Origin: Camelus ferus
Lineage: Eukaryota
Length of the DNA: 64,000 nucleotides
Reading direction: 5' to 3'
Assembly: GCF_009834535.1 (NCBI RefSeq)
Contig: NC_045696.1
Location: 14,076,001-14,140,000, forward strand
Shown: positions 1-13,075 of the stretch, piece after piece
Layout of the letters: the number at the start of each line of letters is the position of its first letter
Position numbering within the stretch: the first letter of the stretch is position 1
Position numbers and translations under genes: made by a program
Notes under the pieces: model-generated
Told to the model about the DNA's origin: nothing
Databases searched by the model: none
Seen by the model: only the letters and a program-made list of their open reading frames with translations

Positions 1-59
1 CCACAGATGGCATGAGTTATCCATAGACAAGAAGGTCTAAGAATGCTTGTGACGATCAG

Positions 60-720
60 CAAATTATAAGCAGAGAAAACAGGGTAAAACAGCTATTGGT
101 ATATGAGGGAATGGCTGGAAATGGCATTAGACACTAACCTGAGAATGGTATTATGAAAGAATTTTGTTTTGCTTATGAAATTAGATTTTTGTGTATTCAG
201 TGATGGAGCCAAACACCAAGGGCAGACTTCCAGCTGCCAAAAGGACAGCCTTACAAGTAGACTGGTTAGAAGCAGTTTAAAGTCAAGATAATCAAGTCAG
301 GAAAAGCATATAATGAAAACCAAGGAAAGAAGTGGTTATCAGTGCCAAATGCCACAAAACATAGAAGACAAACACGAGATGCATCAAAGATACTAGGTAT
401 GTAATAGGTTGTTGGTGACTTGAGCAAGAGGAGACAGGTTAGAGTGGATTAAAACTGAATGAAAGGCACCAGAGAAAACCATTTTAAATCTTAAATATAA
501 AAGAAGTTGAGAAAAAAATCTGGCCAGGGATGATCTGATGTTGAGACAGGCTTTTAAATATCAAAAGACTTGACTGTGTTTATAGACTAAAGGGAAAGTG
601 TCAGTGGAAAAGAAGAAGCTGAAAATACAGTAGACAGAAGGGATAATTTATCAAACAAGTGTTGAAGGAGATGGCATTTAAAGCAAAGTGGAAGAATGAT
701 TTTTTTGGACAGGAAGGGAG
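60..720 (-). mobile_element. L2 remnant
   Basis: Purine-rich antisense L2-like text ('agtgccaaatgccaca', 'gttggtgacttgagcaagag'). Confidence 0.5.
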
Positions 721-2559
721 GACATGGTTTCCTCTGAGACAAAGATAAAAGGCTAAAAGACAGGTGCAAATGTAGATAAGTGTGTGGGAAGGGAGTTGAC
801 AGAGTTTTCCGCTGATAGATTCCCTTTTCTCCATGAAACAAGCAAGAGTTACAGACAGAGGAGGGCAGAGGCAGACGTAAGCTCTGAGCAAGAGGCTTTC
901 ATGATACTGGAGAAGGGTCGGCGTAGCGGCTGGAAAAGTAAGAAAGAATGAGACCTGAGAAGGAGTGAAAGGATTCTCAAGTAGCACTGAGGACTCGGCC
1001 ACAATGAGAATGCTGAAAATGTGGTGGTGGCACCAATCCATGCGGTTCTGGGATTTTTCCCCAACAGCTCTTAGGAGCCTGAGTTTGGAGTAGAGAAGAC
1101 ATGAATTAATGCACAGATGAGAATTTACAGAGTAGAAATATAGAAGGAGAAAAGAGCTTGCTGAAAGAAGTGTGATGGATGAAACAAATAATAGAAACAG
1201 GAGGCCATATAATTGACTGTCCCAACTAGTATACTCAAATGTTATTATTATTGTATAATGAGTATATTATTATTATATACTCAAATATCATTATTATTAA
1301 TAATGCCAGGACAACAGATGTAAACGATAGAACATATAGAAAGTTAAGTGAAGCATGTAACAGATGTTTTGACTGTGTAGATGAAATGGCATGGCTGTAA
1401 TGGAAGTGTGAGGAACTGGGAGAATAAGAGATGTAGGGATATTGGGCTTAATATTTAGAATAGGAGTGCCTTCTGATGTTGACAAGCACGGGTCTGGAAG
1501 TCGTTTTCTAAAGTAGAGCAGAGTTGATGAGGGGATCGAAGAATTTTGAGGCAGGAATGCTTCAATTGGTTGTCTGTATGATAATTCCATTTTCTAAATG
1601 TAAAATAGAATTTAGTACCAGATGTCAAACCCTTCAAAGCTTTTGATTTAGAGATTGTGGTGGTGGTAAATAACAGATATCAGAAAGTATGGAGAGATGT
1701 TGGATCAAGAGAGTAAGGGATCAGGGATCTAGACAGGAAGTCTGATGATATCCAGTAAAAGAAATGTTGTCTTTATCTTCTGCCAGGAAACCCATCCAGA
1801 GATGCCAGTCTGACCGTCTGCTAAGCATAGAAAACACAAAGGCAACCGGCCAGATAAGATTGCTCTCTTCTCTTTCCTCTCCTTCTTCCCTACGCTTTGA
1901 ATCAGTAAAGGAGCAAAAAAATAAAACCAGTTGATAAGCATCTAAAAAGGCGAGCTTTAAAAGTAGAAAACAAAATAATCATATTTTATCTCCATTTCCT
2001 ACCACAGGTTACTAATCTGTTTCATCTAAGCCATCGTTTTTACACTTGTGATTGATTTTTTTAATCTATAAAATGAAAAAGATACTTGAATTTACTTTAT
2101 AGAATTATGTAAGATATTAAATAAGTTTATATATGGTAATCACTTTGGGATTTTCACAGTACTTACGTAGGTGGTAGCGTTCATCATCATCACCATCATT
2201 GTGTCTTTAGGAGTTGAGTGCAGAGTCTAAAAGTCTTTCCCCCTCACTAACCTAAAAGTTTGCATGTGCTACTCACATTGGGAATTGTGTTTGAAAACCA
2301 AGTATAGAAAGATCTAGAAGAGAAGGCAGCAGCAGGAGAACAGGTTATAGGGGAAGAAACAGAGAGCAGACTGAGGGGCACTGGAGGCTCAAATGACTCT
2401 AAGGTTTGCTTTCCAAATGGACACTACTGCAGCTTCTGTGTAGACAAATAGCTCACACATTGCAGGTGTATTTGGATGGAACTTTCATCAGACCAGCATC
2501 AACGGAAGCACAGAAAGATGCAGTGTGGTCAATTATATTGTTGTTCCCATGTACTCTCT

Positions 2560-3150
2560 CTCTTCTCCTCTGTAAAGGGATTATATATCCCCAGTTCCAC
2601 TGATGTCGGTTTTGCCATGAGATGTGTTTGGTCAAGGAATATAAGCAGCTGTGGTTTACATCACATGTGAATACTGTTTCAGAGACATTACAAGTTTTGC
2701 CAGTGATTCTGTTTCTTTTTTTCCTGCCTCTTTGCAACAAAAATGTCCTCTAGAGGTGTTCTTCCTTCTGCTTCGATCCCAGTTGACCCAAACGTGTAAG
2801 GTGAGTCAGAAATTTTGATTACTTTTTTTTGTAATGTGCTGTGATGAAATTGTCATCTCAGCAAAACTGACTAACAAAAATTGTTCCAAGTAATGTGTTA
2901 ATGTATAAAAAAAAGGAACTATGTCATTGGTTTCAGGTGTAGATTGTGGGTACAGGTAACACTGTCAGTGGAGGATGGGAAAATGGAGATCCATGTTATG
3001 TAGTGAAAAATATTTGTTAAAATTATTGTTTGCAGTCATTTGGAAAACAGGAACTGAACTTGTGGCTTCAGGTGAAGAGGTTGTGGAGCAGAATGCTTTA
3101 CTGTGTCTTTTTTTCACATTAATCAACCTTTTTATAATATTTCAGAGGTA
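2560..3150 (+). mobile_element. MLT1-type LTR plus start of MaLR internal sequence
   Basis: 'ttgccatgagatgtgtttggtcaaggaat', LTR end 'gcaaaactgactaaca', then MLT-int-like 'ggagatccatgttatgtagtg'. Confidence 0.6.
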
Positions 3151-4714
3151 CAAGGTAAATATTCTATAATTTAATTTCTAGAAATAAGTCATGAATTATT
3201 AAGAATTAAATTAGAAAAAAATTTTATGTAATTAACTTCATTTTTATTTCATCAAATAAAATTCCCTGTTTGCTATTATTTCAGGTGAAATAAGGCAGGG
3301 AAAGAGAATATATGGAATATATATATATCGGTATCTAAATATTTTTGAACTTAAAATTCCTGAGGAGCATAATTATAAGAAAAGATAAATAAATGAGTGA
3401 AAGCTGACATCCGTTTTGCTCAGATCCAATTATATAGACTGAGAAACTGGCATTGAATCAGTAGGAAGGATCTCATTGAGGTGAATAAGACCATGGTTTT
3501 TCTCATATGGTATATTTTTAAAAATTTTAATTGGAACAAACATTTAAGGTTGATTTACAAGTAATTTGCTTTAAGCAATATAATTTATAAATAGTAAAAT
3601 ATGGCAGATTTACTTTAGAAAGATGGAAAATAACAAGAAAGAAAAAAAAAACCTTTATGCATTGACATCACTTTACAATATTTGATGCTGGCAATATGAT
3701 GTATTTCTTCCTATATTAAAAAATGTTTATTTTAACATATTTGAAATTAATTCACATCTTCAAAAATTATTATGTAGGTTTTTTAGATTGGACTGTTCAT
3801 TTGGTATTATTTATGTAATATTTTCTGATAGAATCAATAATTTCTAAATGATCATTTTAATGACTATACAGGATTTCCAGACTACTTCATGATTTTTGAA
3901 TCAGATCTAAGCTGTGGAACATCATTATGTCTCAGGCCATAGGGACCGTCCCTCTGAGAATGAAGACCTACCGTCATCATATTGAACCACGTTTTTCTGC
4001 TTCATTTAAACAGATGAACGTCTGTGCCAATATTCTGTTGCTGATTAGCCGGCTGCTCCAGGATGTGTATATTCTTCTCCCAGAAGATAGGAGATTTTGG
4101 GAGAAAACAATTTAACACCTGCAGATTAACTTTTATTCTAGTAGAGAATTTTTAAAATGCTCCTTAAAATACCAAATGAAGCAAGAGTGTTGAAATTGAA
4201 TGTCAACAAGGGCAAGCAACATCTGTTCCAAGAGAAGGTAATGAGGAGGGTCTGACGAATGCCCATTTTTAGGACATTCACTCACTTAACTTGCAGAGAC
4301 TCAGATGCACAATGGGAAGAGCTTTCTGTTGACTACCCTAACCAGTGAAGGGTAAATCCTACTACTGCTCGAGACACCTTCAGAAAAGCCAATCTTCAGG
4401 CAGAGTTTTGGGAGTAAAGACCAAACAGGCTGAATATTGATGAGAAATCATGTATTAAAGAAAAAGGAAAAAACATGTTTTTGACTTTCCCCCTCTTATT
4501 CTAAGAATCACATCTCATCACCATTGAAGAAAGCAATCATATCATATTAACATCTCAATAAATGCCAAATATTAAATAATTTTCTTTATTAAAGTAAAAT
4601 CATTGTATATATCATTATTCAACTTGTTTTTTCACTGAAAATGTAATGTGACTTTTTCAAAAAATAATAGAAATCTATCTCATTATTTTAAAATATGTAT
4701 AGAAGAAAAACTCT

Positions 4715-5700
4715 TTCTTCCAGCCATGTTAGAGTAACTAGTATTGAATTTACCTTCCCATCATATTAAACTGGACAAAGTATTTGAAATAACTTTTCAG
4801 AAATTATACATCATACAACAGGTAGTTCAGAACCACAATGTCTTAAGGAAGGGAAACAAACTATTTAAGCCCAACTGCTACTTTAGCTTCCTGCCTGTAA
4901 CTCTCTCAGGCTCACATTTTAGGGAGGAGAACCCAAGGAGGGGATGATGTTAATATTGTACTGAGTTTTAAAAAAATCAAATTTCAAAGAGTGTTTGTAA
5001 TTTTTGAGTCAGAAGAATAAAGAAAGAGACCTGGTGGTGGCCTTGTCTCTGCTTTATTGAACCTCAAGACACTCAAGTGTATAGTGAAATTCCATGAAGA
5101 AAGGCAAAGAACAATTAAACATCTGTAGCTAAATAATCCCTAGAGATCAGACAGGGCTGGGAGACATAGGAGTTTTCCACCAACCAAAGTGAAGAGACTT
5201 CATTGAAAAGTAGACCCCAAAAGGGAAACACTTCAGTAGTCAGACAAAGCACTAGCACTACAGACAATATTAGACCCACGAAGTAGCGAAAAAAATCAAG
5301 GCATACACAAGTAACTTAATTGCCTACCCAAACCAACTTCCACACCATATAAAGAAAGACAACAAAATTCACATTCTAAACAATACATCATTAAAGTTGT
5401 CTGGCCTCCGTTAAAAAACAATTACTAGACAAGCAAAGAAGCAGGAAAAAAAGTGTGATTCGGAAACAAACATCCGTCGAATTAAAAAAAAAGAAATCAC
5501 AGAGATAATGGAAAGAGCAAATATGGTCAAGAATATAAGAAAATACATGAGTATGAGAAGATAACTGAAAGATAAAAAGGTGAAAATTTACATCTCAAAA
5601 AAATAAAATGTCTTATTTTTAGTTGTTTAAAAAAATTGATGAATGGTATTAAAATCAAATTTAACCAAGAGAATGAGAAGAAGAGTCAATGTTAAGGAGA
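4715..5700 (+). mobile_element. Old L1 5'-end/ORF1 remnant
   Basis: A-rich text with 'aactggacaaagtatttgaaataac' and 'attactagacaagcaaagaagcaggaaaa', typical of ancient L1 5' ends. Confidence 0.55.
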
Positions 5701-5714
5701 ACGTATTTGCAAAA

Positions 5715-5965
5715 GACACATCTGATACCCCACTCGGTGCCTCCCCTGACTCTTGCTGCAGCCGCCCTTGCAGTAGAACACTCCATCCACTTTCCCGCAG
5801 CTGTAACTTGAGAATGCCTTACTTGACGTCCCTGCAGTTATGCCTCTTACCTCCAGCCTGGGTGCTTTCCTGTCAATATTGAGATACGAGATGATGGAGC
5901 ATCTCCCAATACCTATGTATGTGTGTACCTGAAAGTACAGAAGAGTGATTGCCCCCTGGAGTGGA
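5715..5965. mobile_element. ERVL-type LTR fragment (LTR33/LTR16-like)
   Basis: GC-richer island 'ctcggtgcctccc...tgcagccgccc...cctgaaagtacagaagagt'. Family from recall only. Confidence 0.4.
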
Positions 5966-6259
5966 AATCTAAATTAGATTTGATTACATTCCATCAGACA
6001 TACTTGCTCAGTTTGTAAGTTTTGTCTGTTTCTTACAGTTCCCTTGACTGACCAGGGCCAAACCTTGGGCATAGCTACTGAGAAAATTGTTATCCCTGGG
6101 GTGATGAGCTTTTTAAAAATGGAAATTGCTGTGGTAAGGGGGCCACAGAGTCTGTGTTGTGTGCTTCACCCATTTTTGGTAGCAGATAAAAGTCTCAAGG
6201 CAGGAGACAACATTCAGAAACTTCTCTCCTGAACTATTGAACCCTCACCTCTAGACCCC

Positions 6260-6418
6260 GTGTGCTGCAGCTACTACAGAAATTCACGTGGTCTCTGTGG
6301 CTATGGCTTAGCTTCTGTTCTGGATATGGCCATTTCACTGACTGCAGATACGGGTCTCATTATGGTTCTGCCTCCTGTGGATAATATCCATTTTATATAA
6401 ATGCTATTCTTCACCTAG
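6260..6418 (+). pseudogene. KRTAP21-like pseudogene
   Basis: GTG replaces the ATG, then CCSYYRNSRGLCGYG; after a frameshift SGYGHFTDCRYGSHYGSASCG*YPFY; a further shift gives CYSS. This resembles KRTAP21 (MCCNYYGNSCG...GSHYG...PFC..RCYSS). GATAAAA at 6185-6191 sits at the TATA position; ATTAAA at 6692-6697. Confidence 0.72.
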
Positions 6419-8467
6419 AAATTAGATTGTAATCGCAATGCACCTTTTCTTCTAAAATCATCATTCCAAGGCCATTTCTGTCTCGATCTCTCAGTCACAT
6501 CAGATCCCACTGAACTGAGAACAGTCAGAGGCTGTAGGAGACTGACTGCCTTCTTGGAAGTCCTATTTGTAATTGAGGGAACCTGAATTACTCCATAATA
6601 TTTCTAAGAGCAGGAAACCTCATTCTAGTCATCGTCCAATTGTAAACCTACTACCTTCTTAGTCTATGTTTCTATATTGTGATTATTTCCAATTAAACAT
6701 GTTTCATTGGTCCTAACAAGTTTGTGTATGGTTTGTGTCAGACTTCCTATTGACTTACATTCTCGTCTTCTATTTCTGTGCCCTCCTTAGCTGTTTGTTA
6801 CAATTGAGTATGTCTGGCTTCCATTCTGATTGGTCAGTACCCATGACATTCAGAGTATTACATACCTCAATTTTGACCCCCAGAATAATGGCTCCTTATT
6901 GGCCAAGTCTTGTGGCCTTAGTTCATTTTACTTACATGTTTGTTTGTAAGCATATGTGTGCCGTGATCCTGGGTCTATCCATTTCTTTTTTTCATATTAA
7001 TCAGCACTCATGTACTCATCAACACATGCACACATGTACACACACACAGAGACAAGTGCCTCAGGAGAAAAAATTCTTGGGAAAATGCTAATGTGAAAAA
7101 GGTGAGTAGAAGAGGAGAAACAGAAGGCTCAATATTTAGGTATATAAATATTGTTGGTGGGTGGGGGCATAGATAATGAAAAGGAGTAAATAAGCATCAG
7201 AGACTTTTTGAAGGTAAAACTTGTAAGATCTGAGACAGTAATAGTGGAAGAGGAGGGAGAAAAACCTAGAGAAGATAAATTTTCTAAAAGTGTTTCTTCT
7301 TGGAATTTCCCACTTAGAATTGTGGGGACTCCAGGGTGGTATATACAATTGTATATCTGAAAGACTGGTATTGCAAAATTAGTAAGATTAGAGTTGCAGA
7401 TGTATTCTGTGTCTTTCTAGAGACAATAAATAGAGTAGGGTGAAATGATTATGAAGACACAAAAAATTCTCAACACAAGAGCTCTTTCAAATATGTGATA
7501 CCATCTGAAAAAAGAATGGCTTCCTTTTTCAATGCTCTATCACTGGATGTGTCTAAATCCAGGCAGGATCACCCACTACTAGAATAATTTTGGGGGGAAA
7601 ATAACAAACTCAGGGAGAAGGGTGGATTAACTGATCTTACATATCTAATTTTGTCCCACTCTATTCTAGAACACTACAAGTTAGAAATGAATTTGAGCTT
7701 TGAAGCCTGAATAAAAATGGTGATGCTGATACCAGGAAAATACAGAACTGAAAGCTTTCATGTTGCTCTATCTGTGAGGACACAGCAGTTACATCATGTT
7801 TTGACTTTAGAAATTCAATCTCCATGTGGGTTATAAAAAAAGACTACAAGAACTGGAGTCGAGATTCAACCGCCCATGGTTAAATAAATTTATTCTTCCT
7901 AGATTACACTGAATGTTAAAAGGAATTTAAATCTCAAGAAGAAGAAGGGTAAAAGAAGATGGATGGATAGATTGATTGTTATTCTTGAAGGAAGATAATC
8001 ATTTCTTACGAATTAGATAATGAATGATCTCATTCATCAAACCCTTAACTGCATAGAGGACATCTCATTATATACTATGAACAGAGCACTAAAAAACTTC
8101 ATCCCTGCTTTCTGAAAGTGTAAGAAAGACAAAAAACTCACAAGCTACAAAGATCAAAATATTATTATAGTATAATTATACATAGAGGTGTTTAGGAAAT
8201 ACAGAAGGAGAAATCAGAAAAGAGGCCAGGACAAGAGAAAGTAGAGTGAAGGGCTAGGAATCTTTCTGAGACAGACTTACAGTTGAAATAGAAAGGATTA
8301 AATAGGAGTTGGTCAATCATATAAAAGGGGAAATAGTTTTCTGGGCAGAGGAGAAGGAAGAAATACACTTCAGAAAATGTCCATATGCTGGAATCTTATT
8401 TCAATAGCTGTAATCTATCTGAGAGGAAATGTAATCCCTAGTTGGGCTTAAGGAATAAATTCACAGC

Positions 8468-8890
8468 TGTCAGTAACTAGACTTCTAACGCAAGCCCCAA
8501 TGACATACACCCTTGTTTGATCCCCTTCCATTCAGTGTGAGAAGAACCTGTAACTTGCCTCTAACCTTGGCAAAGGTGATGAGATGTCACTCCTGTGATT
8601 GTAATTATATTTGGGGTTAGCAAATAAAACTCAAAATGGATAAATTTGAATTTCACATAAAAAACAGATTACTTTTTAGTATGTTTCATATGCAAGATGG
8701 GACATATTTGCAGATCTGGCAACTCCAATTAATTTATACAGTAAAGATATTTTGCAGATGTCCTGGCTGATATCCTGATTGCAATATTGTGAGACCTTAA
8801 GCAGAGATCCCAATTAAAGATCACTAAGATTGTGCAATACTAAACAGGTGTTGTTGTCAGGTGCCATTTTTGTGGTACTTTACAACAAGC
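8468..8890 (+). mobile_element. MLT1-type LTR interrupted by an hAT MITE fragment (~8612-8726)
   Basis: 'ccccttccattcagtgtg...cctgtaacttgcctctaacc...gtgatgagatgtcactcc'. The insert has MER53-like 'ttagcaaataaaa...taaatttgaatttca...ctggcaac'. Confidence 0.6.
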
Positions 8891-9269
8891 TTCCCCTGCT
8901 GTTTTCTAACATATCTAGTAGGCGTTGGATGGCCTGCATGTCATATCTGTATATCAGCAGAGATCAGGAGATCAGTCATACCGAAGGATATCAAGGATAG
9001 GTCACTTTGAAGTGAAAGTGAAAGACTGAGAGGCACTATCAACCATAGTTGATGGGAATGGCTTGTGAACAAAATATTGAAATAAATTTTATAGGACCCT
9101 AAGTGACACTGGAAATAATGACTCTGAAACATGTGCAAATTTTATAACAGAGTAATTTCACAATGAAACAGATCATCATAAAAAACAGTAAGCTCCCCGT
9201 TGCAGCAAGTGTTCAAACCTCCAATGGGAGGAGGGAAAAAGAGACTTTATGCAGCATGACAAAGAAGAA

Positions 9270-9450
9270 CACACACTTGATCTTTGTAATGTATTAGCTG
9301 TGGAACTTTAGTAAGTTTCCTAACCTCTTTGTATCTCAATTTCCAGGTCACAAATTACTCACTTATATGTATATTTATCAGGATCAAGTAGATTAAAATG
9401 CCTAAAGGAAATGTGTGACTTACAAAACACTCAACAGTGTTATTGTAAAG
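9270..9450 (+). mobile_element. MIR SINE remnant
   Basis: Core 'tattagctgtggaactttagtaagtttcctaacctctttgtatctcaatttcc'. Confidence 0.6.
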
Positions 9451-10424
9451 GATATTATTTTCTGTTGTTGCTGTGGTTTGAATTAGGTGACAACATAGAG
9501 TTGCTAAATAAAAGAAAAAAAAAGAGTTTGAGATTGGGAAGATTGGCCAGTTTCTCCTGTTGATCTACCAAGTAGCATCCTTAGGTAGACACTTTATCAT
9601 TGATAGTCCTATGACATTCAAGACTAGTAAATGAAAGAATGGTAGCTATTGTTTCTTTACATTTTATTGGCTTTTAAAAATGTTATTAATAAATAAAAAT
9701 TGATTAAAAATATTAACAAATAAATGGAATGAATTTGAGAAATCATCACCAGGAACTTCATTGAAAGCCAACTAAGATACCATGACTGAGACCATATTAT
9801 TCGGCATTCAGTTGGGCCAGACATGTGCTTTACATGATGTTAGTCTGTCCTAGTCACAATGTTCTGATAACAGGGATTCTGCCAGGAGACAGAGTTAGAC
9901 ACAATTTAAGGACTCAATGAGACAAACCTCAAAATGAGGAGATCTTTGTTGTAGGAATATAGGATAACCAGGAATATCAACAAGCTGCATGTAGAGATTC
10001 TTATCTGTGTATGAAAAGGAGAAAGCAGAACACATGATGTAGGGGTGGAATTATATCTGTCTCTGAGAGTCACATATTTAAATGTAGACTATCAGAAAAG
10101 AGAAAATTAATGTAGAACATAGAATATTTAACAGCAATAGTGCTACTGTTTTTACCAATGACCTGAGTAAAACACTGAAGTTTTCTAAAATGAGACGTCA
10201 GATCAATGCAAAAATGAGTAACTTGGAGCTGCACATGAAAATACTTCTACACAGATGCTCACTGGGAAAAAAATGTTAGTTATGCCCTATCTATTTTGCT
10301 ACATCAGTAACTGAAATAGCCTCAAGGTCAACAGTTTCTCTCCACCTCTCTCTGTCTTTCTGTCTCTGTGTCTCTTTATCTCTGTCTCTCAATGTCTATC
10401 TCTCTCTCTCTGTCTCTCTCCCTT

Positions 10425-10427
<3 letters not shown>

Positions 10428-10465
<38 letters not shown>
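10428..10465. repeat. (CA)19 microsatellite preceded by an imperfect (CT)n tract
   Basis: Counted directly. Confidence 0.95.
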
Positions 10466-10468
<3 letters not shown>

Positions 10469-11605
10469 CAAGATGAAAATGATGGAGAGAAATGAATATA
10501 TATGATAATCACTGCATATTGGGAAAGTTATTAGCTTTATTGGAAAGCAAGATTAGAAATTTTCCCACATGTAAATTGTTCATATCAGATGTAAACAAAC
10601 ATATGAGAGTAACAAAATGTCAAAGATTTTTTCCCCCTAATTGTTGGGATTTCCACCAATTAGTTATGACTAATATTAGTCAAAGATTAGATTTCATCCA
10701 ATTTAGACAGACAATAACAACATTTGTAAAACACTTTGAGAGTTAAAATTCAATTTTCTTTGTGGAAAAATTCACATTGATGTGATCGAAATCTATTTAC
10801 TAGTAATGCCTCTTTCAAAAAGGACCCTGGATAACATTTTGTCCCAATAATGTGTTTAAATATTTTGTTAATAAAAATGTACCTACATGACACACACAAA
10901 GAAAGGAAGTATTTTGAAAGAAGAAAGCATTGTTTCATTTCTCAGTTTGATTAAATTAAAATCCTGTTTCCTTATTTGAATTTCTTCTCAAGGCAGATGA
11001 AATCAGAAAAATAAAGATTTTTGTGTCCTCACAGCTCTGCTAATAAGGGGGGGAGCTTATTAAAACCCAGAGGATCTCCTAAGTTACCTTTATGCTATAC
11101 TTTAATCTTCACTTTATTCTATACTTTAATCTCATCACCACTACATCAGCGAGATGCCACCCTTTGACTCTGGGTTTGGATAGGAGTTAAAACTATTTTA
11201 TGGAGGGGAGTATAAGTTTGGGAGGCCAAGAATAAAAAAAAAAATTATTTGTGATCAACTGCAAGTCAAATGAAATGATTGAAAATGTGCCCTGCTTATG
11301 TGATATCTGGTTATAGAATGTTAAAGGGAAGATTTGTTACGAAAGACAGCTTGGTGAGTGTGAATGTACCATTTTATTAACAGGCCTCAGTTGGTTAAAG
11401 CAAGCATCCCTAATGCCTTAAGGCGTTATGCTCCAGTCTTGAAACAACATACTAATTATATTAGTCATAAAATTAGCCAATTATATGAGCACATGTGGTT
11501 GGGCCCACTCACATCCAGTGCATATAATAGGTTTTCTGCAAGGAGAAATGTGCAGACTGACGTAATCTACCCTCATTTCCTATCCAAAGTGGAACAACCA
11601 ACACC

Positions 11606-11761
11606 ATGTGCGGCTACTACGGAAACTACTATGGGAGCCGTGGCTATGGCTGCTGTGGCTGCGGAGGCCTGGGCTGCCGTTGTGGGTCCTGCTATGGCTG
11701 TGGCTTCCGCAGACTGGGCTGTGGCTGTGGCTGTGGCTCTGGCTTTGGCTACTACTATTGA
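11606..11761 (+). CDS. KRTAP6: KRTAP6-family HGT keratin-associated protein, copy 1 (51 aa, Cys-enriched variant)
   Basis: Hand translation: [57 protein letters not shown] context, TATAAT at 11523-11528, AATAAA at 12051-12056. The GFRRLGCG core and YYY end are typical of KRTAP6. Paralog number not assignable. Confidence 0.93.
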   Translation: MCGYYGNYYGSRGYGCCGCGGLGCRCGSCYGCGFRRLGCGCGCGSGFGYYY

Positions 11762-12589
11762 GGACACCATGGAAGACCTCATCCTCTACAACTGGACTCC
11801 AGGATTCCCGGATTCTAAACCCCTCAAAGCCTGTGCCTTTCCCTTGGGTTACAAGTAGCCTGAATCTTAGAAGTTTACTATGATCTGTTGTTGAACTACT
11901 ATCTAACCTAAAAATTCCCTGAATTTGCCTCATGAAGTGGGAGATGGTGAAACTCACCCGTGACTGTACAGTTTTGTTTTCATCAGGATGATGGTGTTAT
12001 GGCAACTGCTTTAATGACACTCATGCTGGAGCTTGTTTTTCTGTTGACCTAATAAAGTTGTTCAATCTCAACAGCAATCTTGGTTTGGGTGTCAGTTATT
12101 TGATGTCCCAAGTATCTTACTGACATGTTTTGGGTTCAGTTGGCAAGAAAGGTAACAATTGTATCCTTAAGGAGATATTTCCTATTATTATTTCTAAGTC
12201 AGCTTCTTGACCCATTGTCAACTGTCTTGAGAAATTAACTTACTTTTTGTAAACTTTTGTTTCCTTCTCTGCTACTAAGAGAATGAAATTTGTTATGCTG
12301 GTTAACTCTCAACACTAAATACATTCTTATTTATAAACTCAGTGAAAGATTGTAAAAATAAAAATAATACTTTCCCAATTTTCATATTCATATATCTCTT
12401 ATAATAAGTGAATGTTGTACTATCCTTCTGTACTTCAAATACCTTTTTAAAAAATATTTTGATGAAAGAAACAATCTAAGAAATGTCTTTATAATCTATT
12501 ACATCCTAAAGTAGTAGTTGATTATAAAGCTATTTTTCCTACATAGTGGGCCAGAATAATTATGTAAAAACTACATTTCTTTTACATAC

Positions 12590-13075
12590 TGAAAGTTTCA
12601 AGGTCTCATAATGCAGTAGCCAAGGTGTTGGTCAGATCTGTGGTCTCATCTGTGTCTCAGAAGATGAAAAATCTGCTTCCGAGTTTACCTACTTGGCAGA
12701 ATTTCATTCCTTGTGGTGGTATAACTGATGGGCTCAACATTGACTGCTGGTGGGAAGTCTTTGCTGGAGGCCAGCTTCAACTCCAAGAAGTTACCTATAT
12801 GTCCTTGACATGTGGGTTCCCAAATATGGTAGCTTGTTTTCACAGAACCAGGAAGGGAGGGAAGACACTCCAGCAATATGCGTGCTACAAGCCCATATAA
12901 TTCTATATAACAGAATCACAAATGCACAATCATATATACTTTGTTACAATTGTCATATTCAATTGGTTAGAAGTAAGTTGCAAGTCTTGCCCACAGTCAA
13001 GAGGAGGGTATCACACAGATCACTGACATCAAGAGGCAGAAATCATGGTAGCACCTTAATTGTCTGCCCACCACT
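12590..13075 (-). mobile_element. ERVL-MaLR (MLT1-type) LTR; shorter paralogs at ~22154-22510, ~39711-40100, ~48921-49310
   Basis: 'ttggcagaatttcattccttgtggt...aactga' and 'ttggttagaagtaagttgcaagtcttgcccaca' are antisense MLT1 hallmarks. Confidence 0.75.

Noticed and set aside
11364..11957. Ala/Val-rich, Trp/Leu-rich and His-Ser-repeat ORFs overlapping every KRTAP6 copy (also 26791..27219 over KRTAP22-B)
   Set aside because: These are alternative-frame and antisense shadows of stop-poor GGC-TAT/TGT codon repeats. Their starts and ends vary between copies and they have no promoter or poly(A) support.
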